Of a stretch of 64,000 nucleotides of DNA, positions 37,273 through 49,301 are shown one piece after another (the first letter of the stretch is position 1; every line of letters begins with the position of its first letter). The notes under the pieces were generated by a model. It was not told the DNA's origin, searched no databases, and saw nothing but the letters and a program-made list of their open reading frames with translations. Origin of the DNA: Trypethelium eluteriae (Eukaryota); assembly GCA_051942245.1 (NCBI GenBank), contig JAVECL010000039.1, positions 1 through 64,000 of the forward strand, given 5' to 3'. The translations under genes and the position numbers were made by a program.

Positions 37273-40200
37273 TCACCGCCCATACTCTAAACTCGGAATG
37301 ATGACCGGCCCATATTTCATCGGGACACCATATACACCCTCACCCTGTACCATGAAATCCACTGCCAAACTCAATTTCCCACCTCCCATTCCCATCCCAC
37401 TTCCTCCCCCAACAGTAGCACCGAAACTGCCATTCACAATCTCCGGGTCATACGCCACACATGCAACGTAGTTCCGCCGTCCCATTAGCCGCCGCATCTC
37501 GCGTGGTTGCCCGTTCACATCCTGGGTGAAGATTTCCATCATGTCTTCTTTCGTGTCGGAAGGTGAGTTGGTAGAACGATGACCGTTGGCCGGAATGTAG
37601 AGGGGCTTGTTATTATGGAGCATGCGGAGGACGTAGCCAGAAGGTGGAGCATTGACAACAGAAGAGGAGATGATTTGGTACATAGTTTTGTGGTCGGAGG
37701 GGTGACTTGGGTCGTGGACAAGGCCGGCGCCGCAGCAGTTGACGTCTGTAAATTAGAACTGTAAGCGCCCGATGGCGAGGGTTTGTGGAAAGTGTACATA
37801 CCGCCAGAGAAGAACGTCATCCGCATCGATTTGTTGTGCGAGATACCTTGCAGTGTGCGTACTAGATATGTCCGCTCTAGATCCTTGCTCTCATGTGTCC
37901 ATTGGTCTCGTAGCTCATCCAAGATGTCAATCTCGCCAAAGGGGCTGAGAATCCCGCTCATCAGTCCACTCTTGCCCACAGCCTTCTTCACGCTGTTGAA
38001 ACCCTCGCCTACGACGCCCTTTGCGCCTACGATTCCAGCGACTCCACTTGTAACACGGCTCAACGCGTTGAATGTCCCCGTCACTGCCTTCTTTCCTGTC
38101 GCCATAGTATTCGCCAGCTGTTCTGCCTGCTCTAACCGTGGATAAATTAGGGGTACCGGGACCATCCAAATACAATGTTGCACACTTGGTGGCAACATGG
38201 CCACTTTAGGGAATAGGCCCTGATAGGTTGGGCCGGCCATAACCTGGTGCGGGTTACGCTCGCTACGAGTATCGGGACCGACAACGGCGACAGCGGGTCC
38301 GAGGAATTTGACGAAGTGCCAGCCAGTGCCAGTGATTGTGAAAAGATCAATATCGGTTGAAACGTTGCGGAGGATTTCGAGGGTTGTATGATGTTGGAAG
38401 AGGAGGTACATTTCGATACCGATGCGGCCAATGTTTTTGAACATATTGGAAAATTGCATATACTCCGGGTACGAACCGAAGCCATCGAAGCTGAGTGTGC
38501 ATTAGTCATAACCATAACTTAAAGGATCAGTTGATGGAGCAAGCTTACATGTCATGATCATCCAGACTCAGTATGTGAGGAATTTGCGCAAAGGCTTCTC
38601 TTAGATGTGGCTGATCAAAATGACTGGTATAGTAATGAAAATATGCATGTGTGACGTCTTCTTCATGTTTTGCAGTCCATGGTGCATTCTTGCGATTGTC
38701 TTTACCACTGGTAGCCGTCCATTGCCTCAGCATTGGGACTTCTTTCCATAATCTGTCGGCATAGATCTGGTCGCCGAGACCCAGCTGGGCGTGAAAGCCA
38801 CCGCACTCGACATGTTTTTGTAAAATGTCTTTCCACATGAACCCAACCCCACCGAGCTTCGAACGTTCCTCAGCTTTTACGTTGAGGGCGAAGTCGTTTC
38901 CAGAGTGTGCTATAAAACGCCAGCTAGTCTCATATCGTCCAGCGACCAAGAACTCATAGCGAGTGCAGCCGAGATGTGAAGTAATTGCATAGGTCCATTT
39001 AGCACCATGATCGTCTTCCATGCGGAGATCGATATCATAACGGTAGAACATCCATCGATGGTGGCTGTAGATAGGATTTGCTTTAAGTTGTCGAGGGTTT
39101 GGAGAGAGGTCTACAGATTGATGAATGTGAATGGTAGGAGGTTGTGGCGCATCCGTAATCAGAAGAATTGAACCCAGCCATATACCCCGCTCTATATCCA
39201 TATTGGTATATCGCAAGTAAGGACCGAAGTAGACACCGTTAGTTGGCGCAACCTTGTACATATCGACACCTGCAGAAGGGGGAGGTCCAGTGAAGCCTGC
39301 AGCAGTCGGACTTGACAGACCAGCCATGCTCATGGCGTCGCTGTATCGATAATTCGCTTGTTGCGGGGGAAATCCAGGTGATGCCAACGGCTTCCCACTA
39401 AATGAACTCATAGCAGGCGAGGCAAGCGGAAAATTATTAACTGTACCTGTAGGTGACAAGGGCTCGCTAAGATTAAGTGGAGTTGGTCCTTTCGGAAATT
39501 CCCATTGCGTTGACTGTGTAGGTAGATGGATGTAGTAGTATTGTCCGGAATTCTGATCAAGGTGAGCAATCCATCCCTCGGGGAGTGGAGGTGGTGATGC
39601 TGGCCCTGCTCCCGGTCCTGGGCTTGGCGTCTGTACCGGTAGCTGTTGCTGTTGGTGAGCAGCTGCGTCTGGAGCAAGGGCAGTCTGTAGCTGAACTGGT
39701 TGAGGAGAGACAGATGCTGCAGCTTGAGCTTGTTGCTCGTTGTGAAATGCTGGATGACCTTGCGAGTTCGGTTCTGTGGTCTGCGCTCCCACAGGTGTAG
39801 CTCCTGGCGTTGGTTGAGCTCCCACTATGGTACTCCGTTTCTCGTTTGGATAGCCTTGTGCGTTGCTTGGTGTGCCTTGCGCTGGTCTTGCTACGCTGGA
39901 ATAAGCAGGAGGAGGTTCCTCACCCACATTCAGACGTCCAATATCCTCATCGAGTTCGTCTTGGGCACCATGTCTCCCAGAGACCGAAGGTGAGAATTGC
40001 TGCGGTCGGGATGCCTGCGGTGGGCTCGTAGCCTGTGGCCCTGGTGTGACTTCGTTTGGACCTTGGAAGGCGACCGGCGGGCCATGAGGATGACTTGCAG
40101 GGTCTTCCGTCGGTGTCCATGGTCGCTGGGGCGGTTGTTGCGGTTGTTGCGGCGTTGACATATTCTGTCGAGGAGGTTGTTGTGCATATTGAGCTGCGCG

Positions 40201-41106
40201 TTGCTGAGCGGCGGCGTTCTGTGCCTGAATAGAATTCAGCGTAGACGTGCCAGCAATTCCTGCTGCTGCATAGCGAGCTTCAATTCCACCTCCTGGTTGA
40301 TCGACTGCCGGTGTTTCCGGTGGGGGCGGAGAACCACGTTGAGCCTTGGTGGTAGACGTGGATGCGGTTGAGCTAAGCCGGTTGACACCTCCCGGATTGG
40401 GTATACTCAACCCACCGCCATAGCCAGCATTGCTGGAGGATGCCGCAGGAGGGGGATAGTAGGTTTGTTGGAAATTGCCAGGCTGGCCAGACGCAGGAGC
40501 TCCATAGCCTGCTTGTGGTGGCGATTGATTATTCCTCTGAGGCGGTCGTTGGAACAAGTCCTCCTTATCTGGTGCCTCTGGTCCTGGGGAGTCAGGCAAT
40601 GGCTTTGGAGCATTCCCACGCCTCTCCGCAAGGCTTGGTTGTTGTGAAGTCTCTCCGTAGACAGGGGAATGCGAATATCCTGACACGGTAGGCCTGTTTG
40701 GATCATTGGCCGAAAATCGAGGTCGAGGCGAGTCGGAATGGGTGGTGCTGGATGTCCGTCTCACGCTGCTCTCTGGTGTCCCCGTCCTCCCTGAGCCTTC
40801 TCTTTCTGAAAGGGGTGTATATTGGCGTGGCGGTCCTGCGCGAGCATGAGGAGTTTCGTTATTATCAGGGTAGGGTAGAGGCACTGTGGGAGGCTTTGAG
40901 ACAGGAGGAGGGTAGTATGCGCCAGGTTGTTGAGGAGCAGTATACGGATTCGTCTCACTGTCGGCAGAACCAGAACGGGGAGGCGCGGGAGAGCCAGAGC
41001 TCCCCTTGTTGATGCGTAGAGGACCGACAGTTGGTGTTTGTACATTGGAATGATCATTGCGCAAGAACATCTCCTCCTCTGGTCTGCCATGCTTCTTGCT
41101 GTCCAT
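37273..41106 (-). CDS. WW-domain + PhoD-like metallophosphatase protein, 3 exons
   Basis: P/Q-rich N-terminus; WW domain LPEGWIAHLDQNSGQYYYIHLPTQSTQWEFP; GDQIYAD, LDDHD|IFDG, DTRSER, SG|DVN motifs. Confidence 0.9.
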
Positions 41107-41699
41107 CCTTACTTGATCTTAGGAATGCGCCGTGTCTAGGTCACCTAGCGGTGGAGGAGAATGAGTGGGGCACTGTGAAATTGACGAGGGTGGCAAGCAC
41201 AGCGCATGTGGGTCTTCTGGTCGGATTGACGACCAGGATTGATGGGCAAGAAGTTACATGAAATGAAGCTCTGAGTAAGTAGCAGGATAATGGGATGAGT
41301 AGGTCCGGAGTAGAACTTGCAGAGACTCGGCCTTGAAGCTCTTTCGCATGGCTTTCGAATGCTCGGTGATCTGGACCCTGGCTGACGTGGGCTGTGGCTT
41401 CCTGGCCAACGATTCGCCAATCTTAAGCGCGCAGAACACGAGTCCTCCACCACACCCGCCCATCCCATCTTTCGTCACATTGCATTTCTCCATCCAGTCA
41501 CGCCCAGGTCATTTCTCTTCTGTAATCGGAGCTCGAACCCTGGCATGGAGCCTGACCATTCCCAATTAGCTGCGTGTGACACGCCAGAATCTACTGCTGA
41601 GTCTGAAACCCTAATCTTCAATCTACCTCCTAATCCTGCTCTGTACGACACCGCAAAATCCAATCTTGTAGCCGAGACCCAATCTGGCAACGGACTGAA

Positions 41700-42382
41700 T
41701 TCCTATCAATTTATCAAACTGTCCGCCTTATCCCTTCATTGCTGTTTTTTCTTTTGCGCCGCTCTTTTCCATGTTGCGTTGTTTGTCATGGCCGATTTGC
41801 GGAAAGCATTCTATTCTGCCACCTTCTTGCTCCTTAGAAGCTTTGAGCCTAGTTGCGGTGCTCTTGACGTTGCGCCAAGGTCTTCCTCAAGCCATTGTCG
41901 TCTTTGTCATGCGGTAGCCTAGGCACTCCTCCGAAGATATGTTTTGGTTGAACTTGGTTGAGCACTCGCGTGCGCTTCATTTTCCTGAGCCTGTAGCCTT
42001 CCTTGTCGGCTTTCGATGCCCTTCATCTGTGAAATCGCATCTTAACCACAGTCGAAGAACGCGCCCGCTGCGAGGGAGGATCTTCTGGACCTTGAGGCTC
42101 CTCTTTGACATCTGCAGCTTTTCGCTTCTTGCTTCCCCCCGTGGTCCCTTCTGGCACGGCATCAGTTGTCGCCCCGTAATCTGACACTCCTGTATTGCTA
42201 CCCGCACCTTCGGAAGATAATGCCGCACATTCACCCAGCGAATCATATCTTCCTCTTGCATATTGTATCCTGATTTCCAAAGGTCCTACTCTTTCTAATT
42301 CTCTAGCTGTAGATGCTTGGTCAATTGGTGCGGTTGCATTGTTTCTTTGCTTCAGGGGTCGCCTTCCTTGGTACCAGTCCAT
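41700..42382 (-). pseudogene. Degenerate gene relic (low-complexity, NLS-like)
   Basis: 119-codon ORF containing SKKRKAADVKEE, followed downstream by coding-like charged stretches broken by a frameshift and several TAG/TGA stops. Confidence 0.35.
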
Positions 42383-43280
42383 ACCTTCCTCCGAATGGCA
42401 GAAATTGTGAAGAGAGCATTACAACGACGAGCTTTTATCGCTTTCTGGGGTTATGTTTACAGTTGATCCAGAAGAACGCATCGTTATGGCAGAGAGTGGA
42501 AGAGACTTAACTCAGACACGTTTAAAAGCGACCGCATTTCACTTCCTTCTACTTTTCAAACAAAAGCACCATCGTCGTGAGCGTGCGAAAACCCAACGTG
42601 CAATGCTTCACCCAATCACAGAGATTCATTGCCAATGTCAAGACCAGCTATCTTCGAATGCTTCAGCAACTGAATGTATGCGGCACTGCAGCAGGAACAG
42701 CTGCATGCAGTGGCTCGCGACCATGTTATGGATCCTGGTAACAGTACGATCACCCTAACGCAACTTCGATAACAGGATAAAGCGGAAATATTTTCGCAAT
42801 CGATAGAGGGAACTGACGACGGACGTAGGAGAACATGAGTCTTGGATGGCATTAGCGTGTTGAACCCAGCGTGCAACCAAAGTAACTCAAGATTCCACTA
42901 GGGGGCTCCCTTGTCGCGCGATGCTAATCAGGGTATTGTACGCGGCTCTACTATGTGTTCATTTTTGTGTGAAAGATCGGATATAGACATCGTAAGCTGC
43001 GAAACCCTTGTAAGGATTTCACACGCTTGTGGAAAGGTCAATATCGACTAGCTCTAGAGCATGTAATGTACCACTAATCCTTGTACGTTCCTGCATATGT
43101 AAGACAACTACGGAGTATTTGAGAGCCTGCCCTCCTGCCCAAGCATATGCCTTTCGTACCTACCTACTTATTCGCCTACAGAGTACCTCTTACCGAGCTC
43201 GTTGACTCTGCGCGATGAGTTTTCTTAGGTGATACGCGTGAACGGGTGCCTCATGCTCGGGAGAAACACTGGGGTGTTCG

Positions 43281-43290
43281 CCCACGTGCG
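43281..43290 (+). promoter_or_regulatory. Pho4/NUC-1/PalcA-type bHLH site upstream of the Git1-like permease
   Basis: CCCACGTGCG (reverse complement CGCACGTGGG) about 250 bp upstream of ATG 43534; TATAAA at 43432. Confidence 0.5.
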
Positions 43291-43533
43291 GCTCAGCGTG
43301 CCCGCCAATTGGCTTTCGGACTGAGGGCAGCGATGGCAACGGAACCTGCAGCGTCCAACTCACCACCGACGGCGACACGCAGACCTACCTTTTCTGGCGT
43401 AGACTTCGCTATCCGCATATGCGAGCCGCAATATAAAGTCTTCTCAGATGCCAAGAAGAATGAAATCCGTAACCCTGCCAGATAAAACTCTTCATACGCG
43501 CCAACCGGTGGAAACTCGATACCTTCATCCACC

Positions 43534-45069
43534 ATGACGGAGGACAAAATCATCAACGAGGATCGCATCGCGACTGAAGCTACCAAGAATCCAGCCTCGC
43601 CTGTTGGACATCGCGTCGCCAATCCCGCTGACCCCAATGCGCCCTCCACGAACGTCTCCTCCGCCCGCCAGCGTCTCAGTGATCTCTTCACCATCGCCTG
43701 CGCCGGCTTCGCCCTCATCAGCGACGGCTACCAAAACAACCTCATGACGATGACCAACGTCGTCCTGAAAGCCGAGTACCCAAAGGCCTACACGTCCGCC
43801 TACTCGACCCAGGTCTCCAACGCCCTCCTCGTCGGCGAGATCGTCGGGCAGATCGTCGTGGGCTTGACGTGCGACTATCTCGGACGCAAAGTCGCCATTG
43901 TCACCACCACCCTCATGATCGTCTTCGGCGGCATTCTCGCGACAGCGTCTAAGGGTCGTACCGTTGACGGTATGTTCTGGATGCTGACCATCTCACGAGG
44001 GATCGTCGGGTTTGGGACGGGAGGCGAGTATCCCGCGTCGAGCACGTCGGCGTCGGAGGCCGCGAACGAGCGGACCTTGACACAGCGAGGGCCAATCTTC
44101 ATCCTAGTTACGAATCTCCCGCTATCATTTGGCGGGCCCCTTGCCGTGTCGATCTTCCTGATTGTGCTGGCGGCGGCGGGGACGAAGCACCTTAGTACGG
44201 TGTGGCGCGTGTGTTTTGGGATCGGCGTGCTGTTCCCGCTCACGGTGTTCTATTTCCGACTCAAAATGCTGAACTCGAAGCTGTACCGCCGGGGTGCCAT
44301 CAAGCGCAAAGTACCGTACGGGCTAATCCTAAAGTACTACTGGAAGCGGTTGCTTGGAACTTGTGGCGCGTGGTTCCTTTACGACTTCGTGGCCTTTCCT
44401 AATGGCGTGTTTAGCGGAGTTATTATCTCGAGCGTTGTGTCGAAGGCAGACTCCATACGTAGTACAGGCGAGTGGCAGCTCCTCCTCGGTACTATTGCTC
44501 TTCCAGGAGTCTTTCTCGGAGCCTGGCTTTGCAATATCATCGGGCGGAAGAACACGATGATGTTAGGATTTAGTGGCTACCTGGTATTTGGCTTGATCAT
44601 TGGCTGTGCCTACGACCGGATCACTAAGATCGTGCCTATTTTCGTGGTTTTCTACGGCTTGATGCAGTCGTCGGGAAACTTGGGGCCGGGCGATATGCTC
44701 GGCTTACTCTCTTCGGAGTCGTACGCCACGGCTGTAAGAGGAACTTGCTACGGCGTTTCCGCTGCGCTAGGCAAGACGGGTGCTGCGGTAGGCACCGAGG
44801 CGTTCACACCGATCCAGAATAACATAGGTAAGAAATGGACATTCATTGTTGCGGCAATATGCGGAGTGGTGGGAATCCTGGTAACTTTCTTCTTTGTGCC
44901 GGATCTGAAAGGTGAGGATTTGGCCGAGGAGGACGAGAAGTTTAGGCTGTACCTCGTGAGTAAGGGTTGGGATGGGGAGATGGGCGAGGAAGATCTGAAG
45001 GCTCTGGCAGAAGAGGGATTTCCTGAGAATGTTGTGGAGCGTGTGAACGAGAAAGGAGCTGCGAGATAG
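43534..45069 (+). CDS. git1: Glycerophosphodiester (GPI/GPC) permease, MFS, intronless
   Basis: AGFALISDGYQNN, DYLGRK, GGEYPASST.ASE, WFLYDF, GPGD, ESYATAVRG. Confidence 0.88.
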   Translation: MTEDKIINEDRIATEATKNPASPVGHRVANPADPNAPSTNVSSARQRLSDLFTIACAGFALISDGYQNNLMTMTNVVLKAEYPKAYTSAYSTQVSNALLVGEIVGQIVVGLTCDYLGRKVAIVTTTLMIVFGGILATASKGRTVDGMFWMLTISRGIVGFGTGGEYPASSTSASEAANERTLTQRGPIFILVTNLPLSFGGPLAVSIFLIVLAAAGTKHLSTVWRVCFGIGVLFPLTVFYFRLKMLNSKLYRRGAIKRKVPYGLILKYYWKRLLGTCGAWFLYDFVAFPNGVFSGVIISSVVSKADSIRSTGEWQLLLGTIALPGVFLGAWLCNIIGRKNTMMLGFSGYLVFGLIIGCAYDRITKIVPIFVVFYGLMQSSGNLGPGDMLGLLSSESYATAVRGTCYGVSAALGKTGAAVGTEAFTPIQNNIGKKWTFIVAAICGVVGILVTFFFVPDLKGEDLAEEDEKFRLYLVSKGWDGEMGEEDLKALAEEGFPENVVERVNEKGAAR

Positions 45070-47621
45070 ATGCATGTTTAGTGAGCCGCAGCAATAGACT
45101 TAGGGCAGTTTCGCGACTAGTTGATGCTCAGGAATCGTCATCGCCATTGAATTGCTTCAACTTTATAAAATCCATGTATTGAATTGCTGGGATAACTGTG
45201 GCGGGTCTCATCAGCTTCAACCGTGCGCCGTTCTAAAGTGAAACTCGGGTCGGGGCTTATTGCTTCTTTCGTCGAAGTCAAGTAAATGAACATTTCAGTT
45301 AAATTATATTTCATCGTAGTCTCCACTTGCGCGTGTTAATGAATTGCACTTGGCGCGAGGAGGCCTTGATATGTATGTGGCCCTCCGCTGCTTTGTCTAT
45401 TTTTTTTCTTTCTAGTATTTTACTGGATCCTGTAATGATAGGCGTGGATGCTCACTCAATCACGTCCACAGTGTCAAAGGCGCTCGTACAGAGGAGCACG
45501 GTCCACTATATTTCCGCACTAACGATACTGTAGGACTTCTCGTCTGTAGACACTACGCTCATCTCTTCACTACTAGCTTCTCCCGTTATAGTGGTACTTC
45601 TCTTTTCCAATGTGGCTCGACGCTATTTTCAGTTTCCCTCCGGCAACGCCGTCAGGAATATTGCGGAAGATGTCAATGCTGGAATCGTCCTCTTCGGCTC
45701 CCGTGACAGTGTTCCTGGGTATGTTGCGATTGGCATTGTGACAATGGACGAACGATAAGTTGCAGCAAAAGCTACCGAGCTCGAATTATCGCTTTGGTCG
45801 TTAACGGTAATACCGATCGCCGTCTGGGATGGCTTATGGACCAGCCGTCGAAGGAAATCGCCGAGGAGTAGGAAAGCGAGAAAGGTGGATCCATTTTGTA
45901 TTCAAGTGGTGGCGAATGAGGCGATAAAGGTGGTGGCGAGGTTGACGCTAAGGACAATAGTTACTTTGGGGTCTACCACGGAGGAGCTACCTCGGAGCGA
46001 GGGTGGAGGTAATACTGATTAAGTCGTCCATACTTGCCGTGAACTGAGTCCACAACCGGCAATTGTTGCCAGCTTCAGCGACGGGAGGGTTGTACATTAT
46101 CGACGTTAGCTGGGGAGGATGACGCAGTCCTGACAGAATGTCATTTTCATCCTCTCCCACCCTGAGGAGCAACATCAACCCGGATTCGTGGCATTCACTC
46201 CAGGTTTTAGGGCCCACGGACTGATCGAGAACCATGAAATACTAACTTACGGTCTTGAGATGCTTGGAACCAGAGCCTCCCCGTTTTCGCAGCACAAGTT
46301 TCGTAGTGATTGAATCATTGTAAATCTGCATTCGAAATATTGCGTGACCATGCAGGTACAAGATCGTTGATCTGGTTGCAGCAGCTATACTGACAGCAGT
46401 TTCTTAACTTGACACACAGCAGAGCTCGAAAATTATTCCGATCCAGTCCGATAGACGATCTGGCCGCTGGCAGTGGCCCAATAGCGTTACATGCGTTTGT
46501 GCAGCTTTAAACACATGCCACAGATGGCAAACGTCATTTCATGGCAACAAAATTAATGTCGAGAGACGTTGAAAAGCCAGTTCTGCGACACTGTCAAGAC
46601 CAATCAGGGTCTTTCTAACAATGAGAGTGTGGAATGCTACGCATGGACGAGCAAAGGCAGGTAAGCGTATCACGCTGAAGCTTCTGTTCGCGACCATAGG
46701 TGGTCGTCGTCATAGAGTGCCGGCTGTATGGGTTGTTTAAAGTGGCCTAGCGAGGCTCACAGTAAGCTTTCAATGGGTCTTGAAATCACGGTAGTATCGC
46801 TCCTTATCGAGGAACTGCCAAGCTTCGCCATAACGAAGCCAATAGACCAGGATATGGGAGGCCGGTAGGTGCCAAGTGTATGCATTGATGCAGGGGCCAA
46901 TCTTGTTGAAATTCGATATCAAGATGGGTAAGTCTTGCGACGATAATTTGAAGGTTTCACCTGGTAAATTGAGCAAAGTTTTAGCAAGTAGACCGGGCAT
47001 GTGACTTATATCTCCCCAAACCAGGATGGCCCTATCTTGCTTCCGCAGGACCGGCATGAGGAGTCCTTGCTCACGAAATGCCAGATGGTCACATTGAGAT
47101 GGGCGAGATTACCTATGCATGACGGCACATCTTGCCTTCCCATGTCAACGTGATGTTTGTGGTGTCTGAAACCCCCAAATGTCTACACAAGGTCCTGCGT
47201 GAAAAAATAACACAGAATCAAGAGGTCTGCATAGAAAAAGAATTTGAGGTTCAAGGACGTACATGGTATAGTGAATCGGGCCAAGGCAAACCCCCTGTGG
47301 CATAGCACATGCCAGGGATTCGGTGCAATCATCTTCAGCCTCATCCGATCGTTCTGTCGTTTGCAACGTTACAGTCGTGACTTTAAAAATGACTCTAAAT
47401 GTCTTCCAATTGCTCCCCAGGCGGCCATAGAAAGTTGAGTGGAGCGAAGCTTGAAAAAATCCGCTCAAAAGCGCTGTGGTACCAAATTTCTTACTCATAA
47501 ACATATTCCAAGAAAGGACTCTTGGCGAATCTGAAGAGATCAGTTCGTCGAAGCCAGGTCCAACATTATTGTCTAGAAAAAAGTGTCTCTCAACTCTTTT
47601 GAGAATCTTTGGCTATCCAGC

Positions 47622-48088
47622 TCATGTTCTATCGTCCAGGTGCCGGACAGGGTCGTAGGATAGTACCGATCTACTACGGCCTGGTCCTTGCGCTGGATCT
47701 CCTTCACTAGTTTGTACGGCTACACGATCTTAGTTTGTGCAATAGTGGTCAGCTACTGTCTCAACTCACTTGTTCGCCTTGTCTTGTTCTTGATGACCTG
47801 AGCCATCCTCCATTTCAAGATCTTTTCATTAATCGGCTGGATGCCCTCCAGGCTTAGCTGGGTATTTATGGTGTTCAGAGTGGCCAGTTGGACGTCGCTT
47901 GGCACATCATTCCACGAAGTCCACTCGATCTTATTGCCCTCCTGACTCGTGAGACGCTGTCCGACCCATTAGCAGGCATTTCGTTGGAGGGCAGATGAGG
48001 CTACCAGAAATCTTTGCCATTGAATCCAGTTGTGACCCAGAGCCGACCGCACCGTGTCAGCGCTGGACTTTTGTGTGACGAGATCCAT
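47622..48088 (-). CDS. Small hypothetical multi-exon protein (3' exon junction uncertain)
   Basis: MDLVTQKSSADTVRSALGHNWIQWQRFL, then a GTAGCC..GCTAAT..CAG intron, then RLTSQEGNKIEWTSWNDVPSDVQLATLNTINTQLSLEGIQPINEKILKWRMAQVIKNKTRRT and a GTGAGT donor. A downstream frame ends SYDPVRHLDDRT*. Confidence 0.6.
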
Positions 48089-49301
48089 ATTCCGTCCTCC
48101 TAGCAAGCTCCCAAGGGGCGCAAGGACATAATGACCAAGCTCAAGGGATTAAAGGGCGTCGGGTTGCCGAGGATGAGCCTAGAGGATGCGCTGGAGATGT
48201 GGAAGGAGCATTTCGACTTGAGACATCATTCGAAGCTGCTTGAGCCCGCATTCATCGAGGCAGACGCCCTCCAATAGGCACTGGGAGACGAGATTTTTGA
48301 GAGGTCTTTGCCGGGTGGCAGGGCTCACAAAGTTTATTTGGGATCGCTGCCTAGCGTAAGCCTTCCGTGATGCCGTTTCTGACCAGCGACATGGTCTCCA
48401 ATGAGGGCCTCCTGCCATGCCGAACCCGGGCGCCACCTGTCAAGGTACGTGTCAAGGTTCTCGCGTGCGCTGCTTCGGTGGAGCCCCCCCCTGTGGCGGT
48501 GATCATAGGGTGATGGCAGCACTATTAGAGCCCCGACGGGCCACGCCACAATATGTCCGAAGTAGCACTCGCAGCGTCAATCGCCTCCCCAGAAATTAAT
48601 CCCCGAGTCTCAACGGCTATAAATTGCCTCTGGATCCAGTTAGCTTTCCCGTGCGCCACGCAGAGAACGTGGCGACGGTGCGCGGACACTACTGTACTGC
48701 AAGCCTTAGTAGGATGGATGACAGAACGACCCTGACGCCTCCTCTGCTGCAAGCCGCAGACATCAAAACAACTTCGCTCTTCACCCTCGACCAATCCATG
48801 GTCGACGATTCACGCCATCAGGACGACCGACTGCCAGGCTATTGACAGTCGACGGATGGAAAATAGATCTCGATCCTGCAGCGTACCTGGTACCCCGTTC
48901 GCCCGAGCTGATCCATCCCATCCCCCATCTCGCGCAAGTGTGATCAAGCATTTGACTTCCGGCACGCAAATCATCGCGCTGGAAGCATTTTCTACAAGGA
49001 TCTGTGATATCTTGCGACGGGGGAGGCGAGAGAATCGATACCAACTACCGAAGTCTCGATTCTTCCAATTGCTCACAATGCTTGCCTTGCACGCGCCAAT
49101 TATGTCGTGCCAACGCGGAAGCTCTGAATTCACCCAGATATTCACCTTTCCATGAATGCTGCAGAAAGTGGAGATCGGTGCAGATGACAGCCCCGCATCT
49201 TCACGGCCTCGGCCGAATCTCCTCGATCTTCCCTTTCTCGTAATTCGAATCTTCTTATTTCCCTTCCTAAGCTCTTCTCAATCCCATACCATCAACCACC
49301 C

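Noticed and set aside
41607..41614. AACCCTAA as a telomerase RNA template or telomeric repeat
   Set aside because: Single short match with no tandem array and no recognisable pseudoknot context.
46691..46706. CGACCATAGG resembling the 5' end of fungal 5S rRNA
   Set aside because: Followed by TGGTCG (a small hairpin); the rest of 5S is absent.
48400..48700. GC-rich segment with hairpin CGCCACG-N7-CGTGGCG as RNase P or another ncRNA
   Set aside because: The conserved RNase P/MRP P4 motifs are not present in order; more likely P450 promoter sequence.
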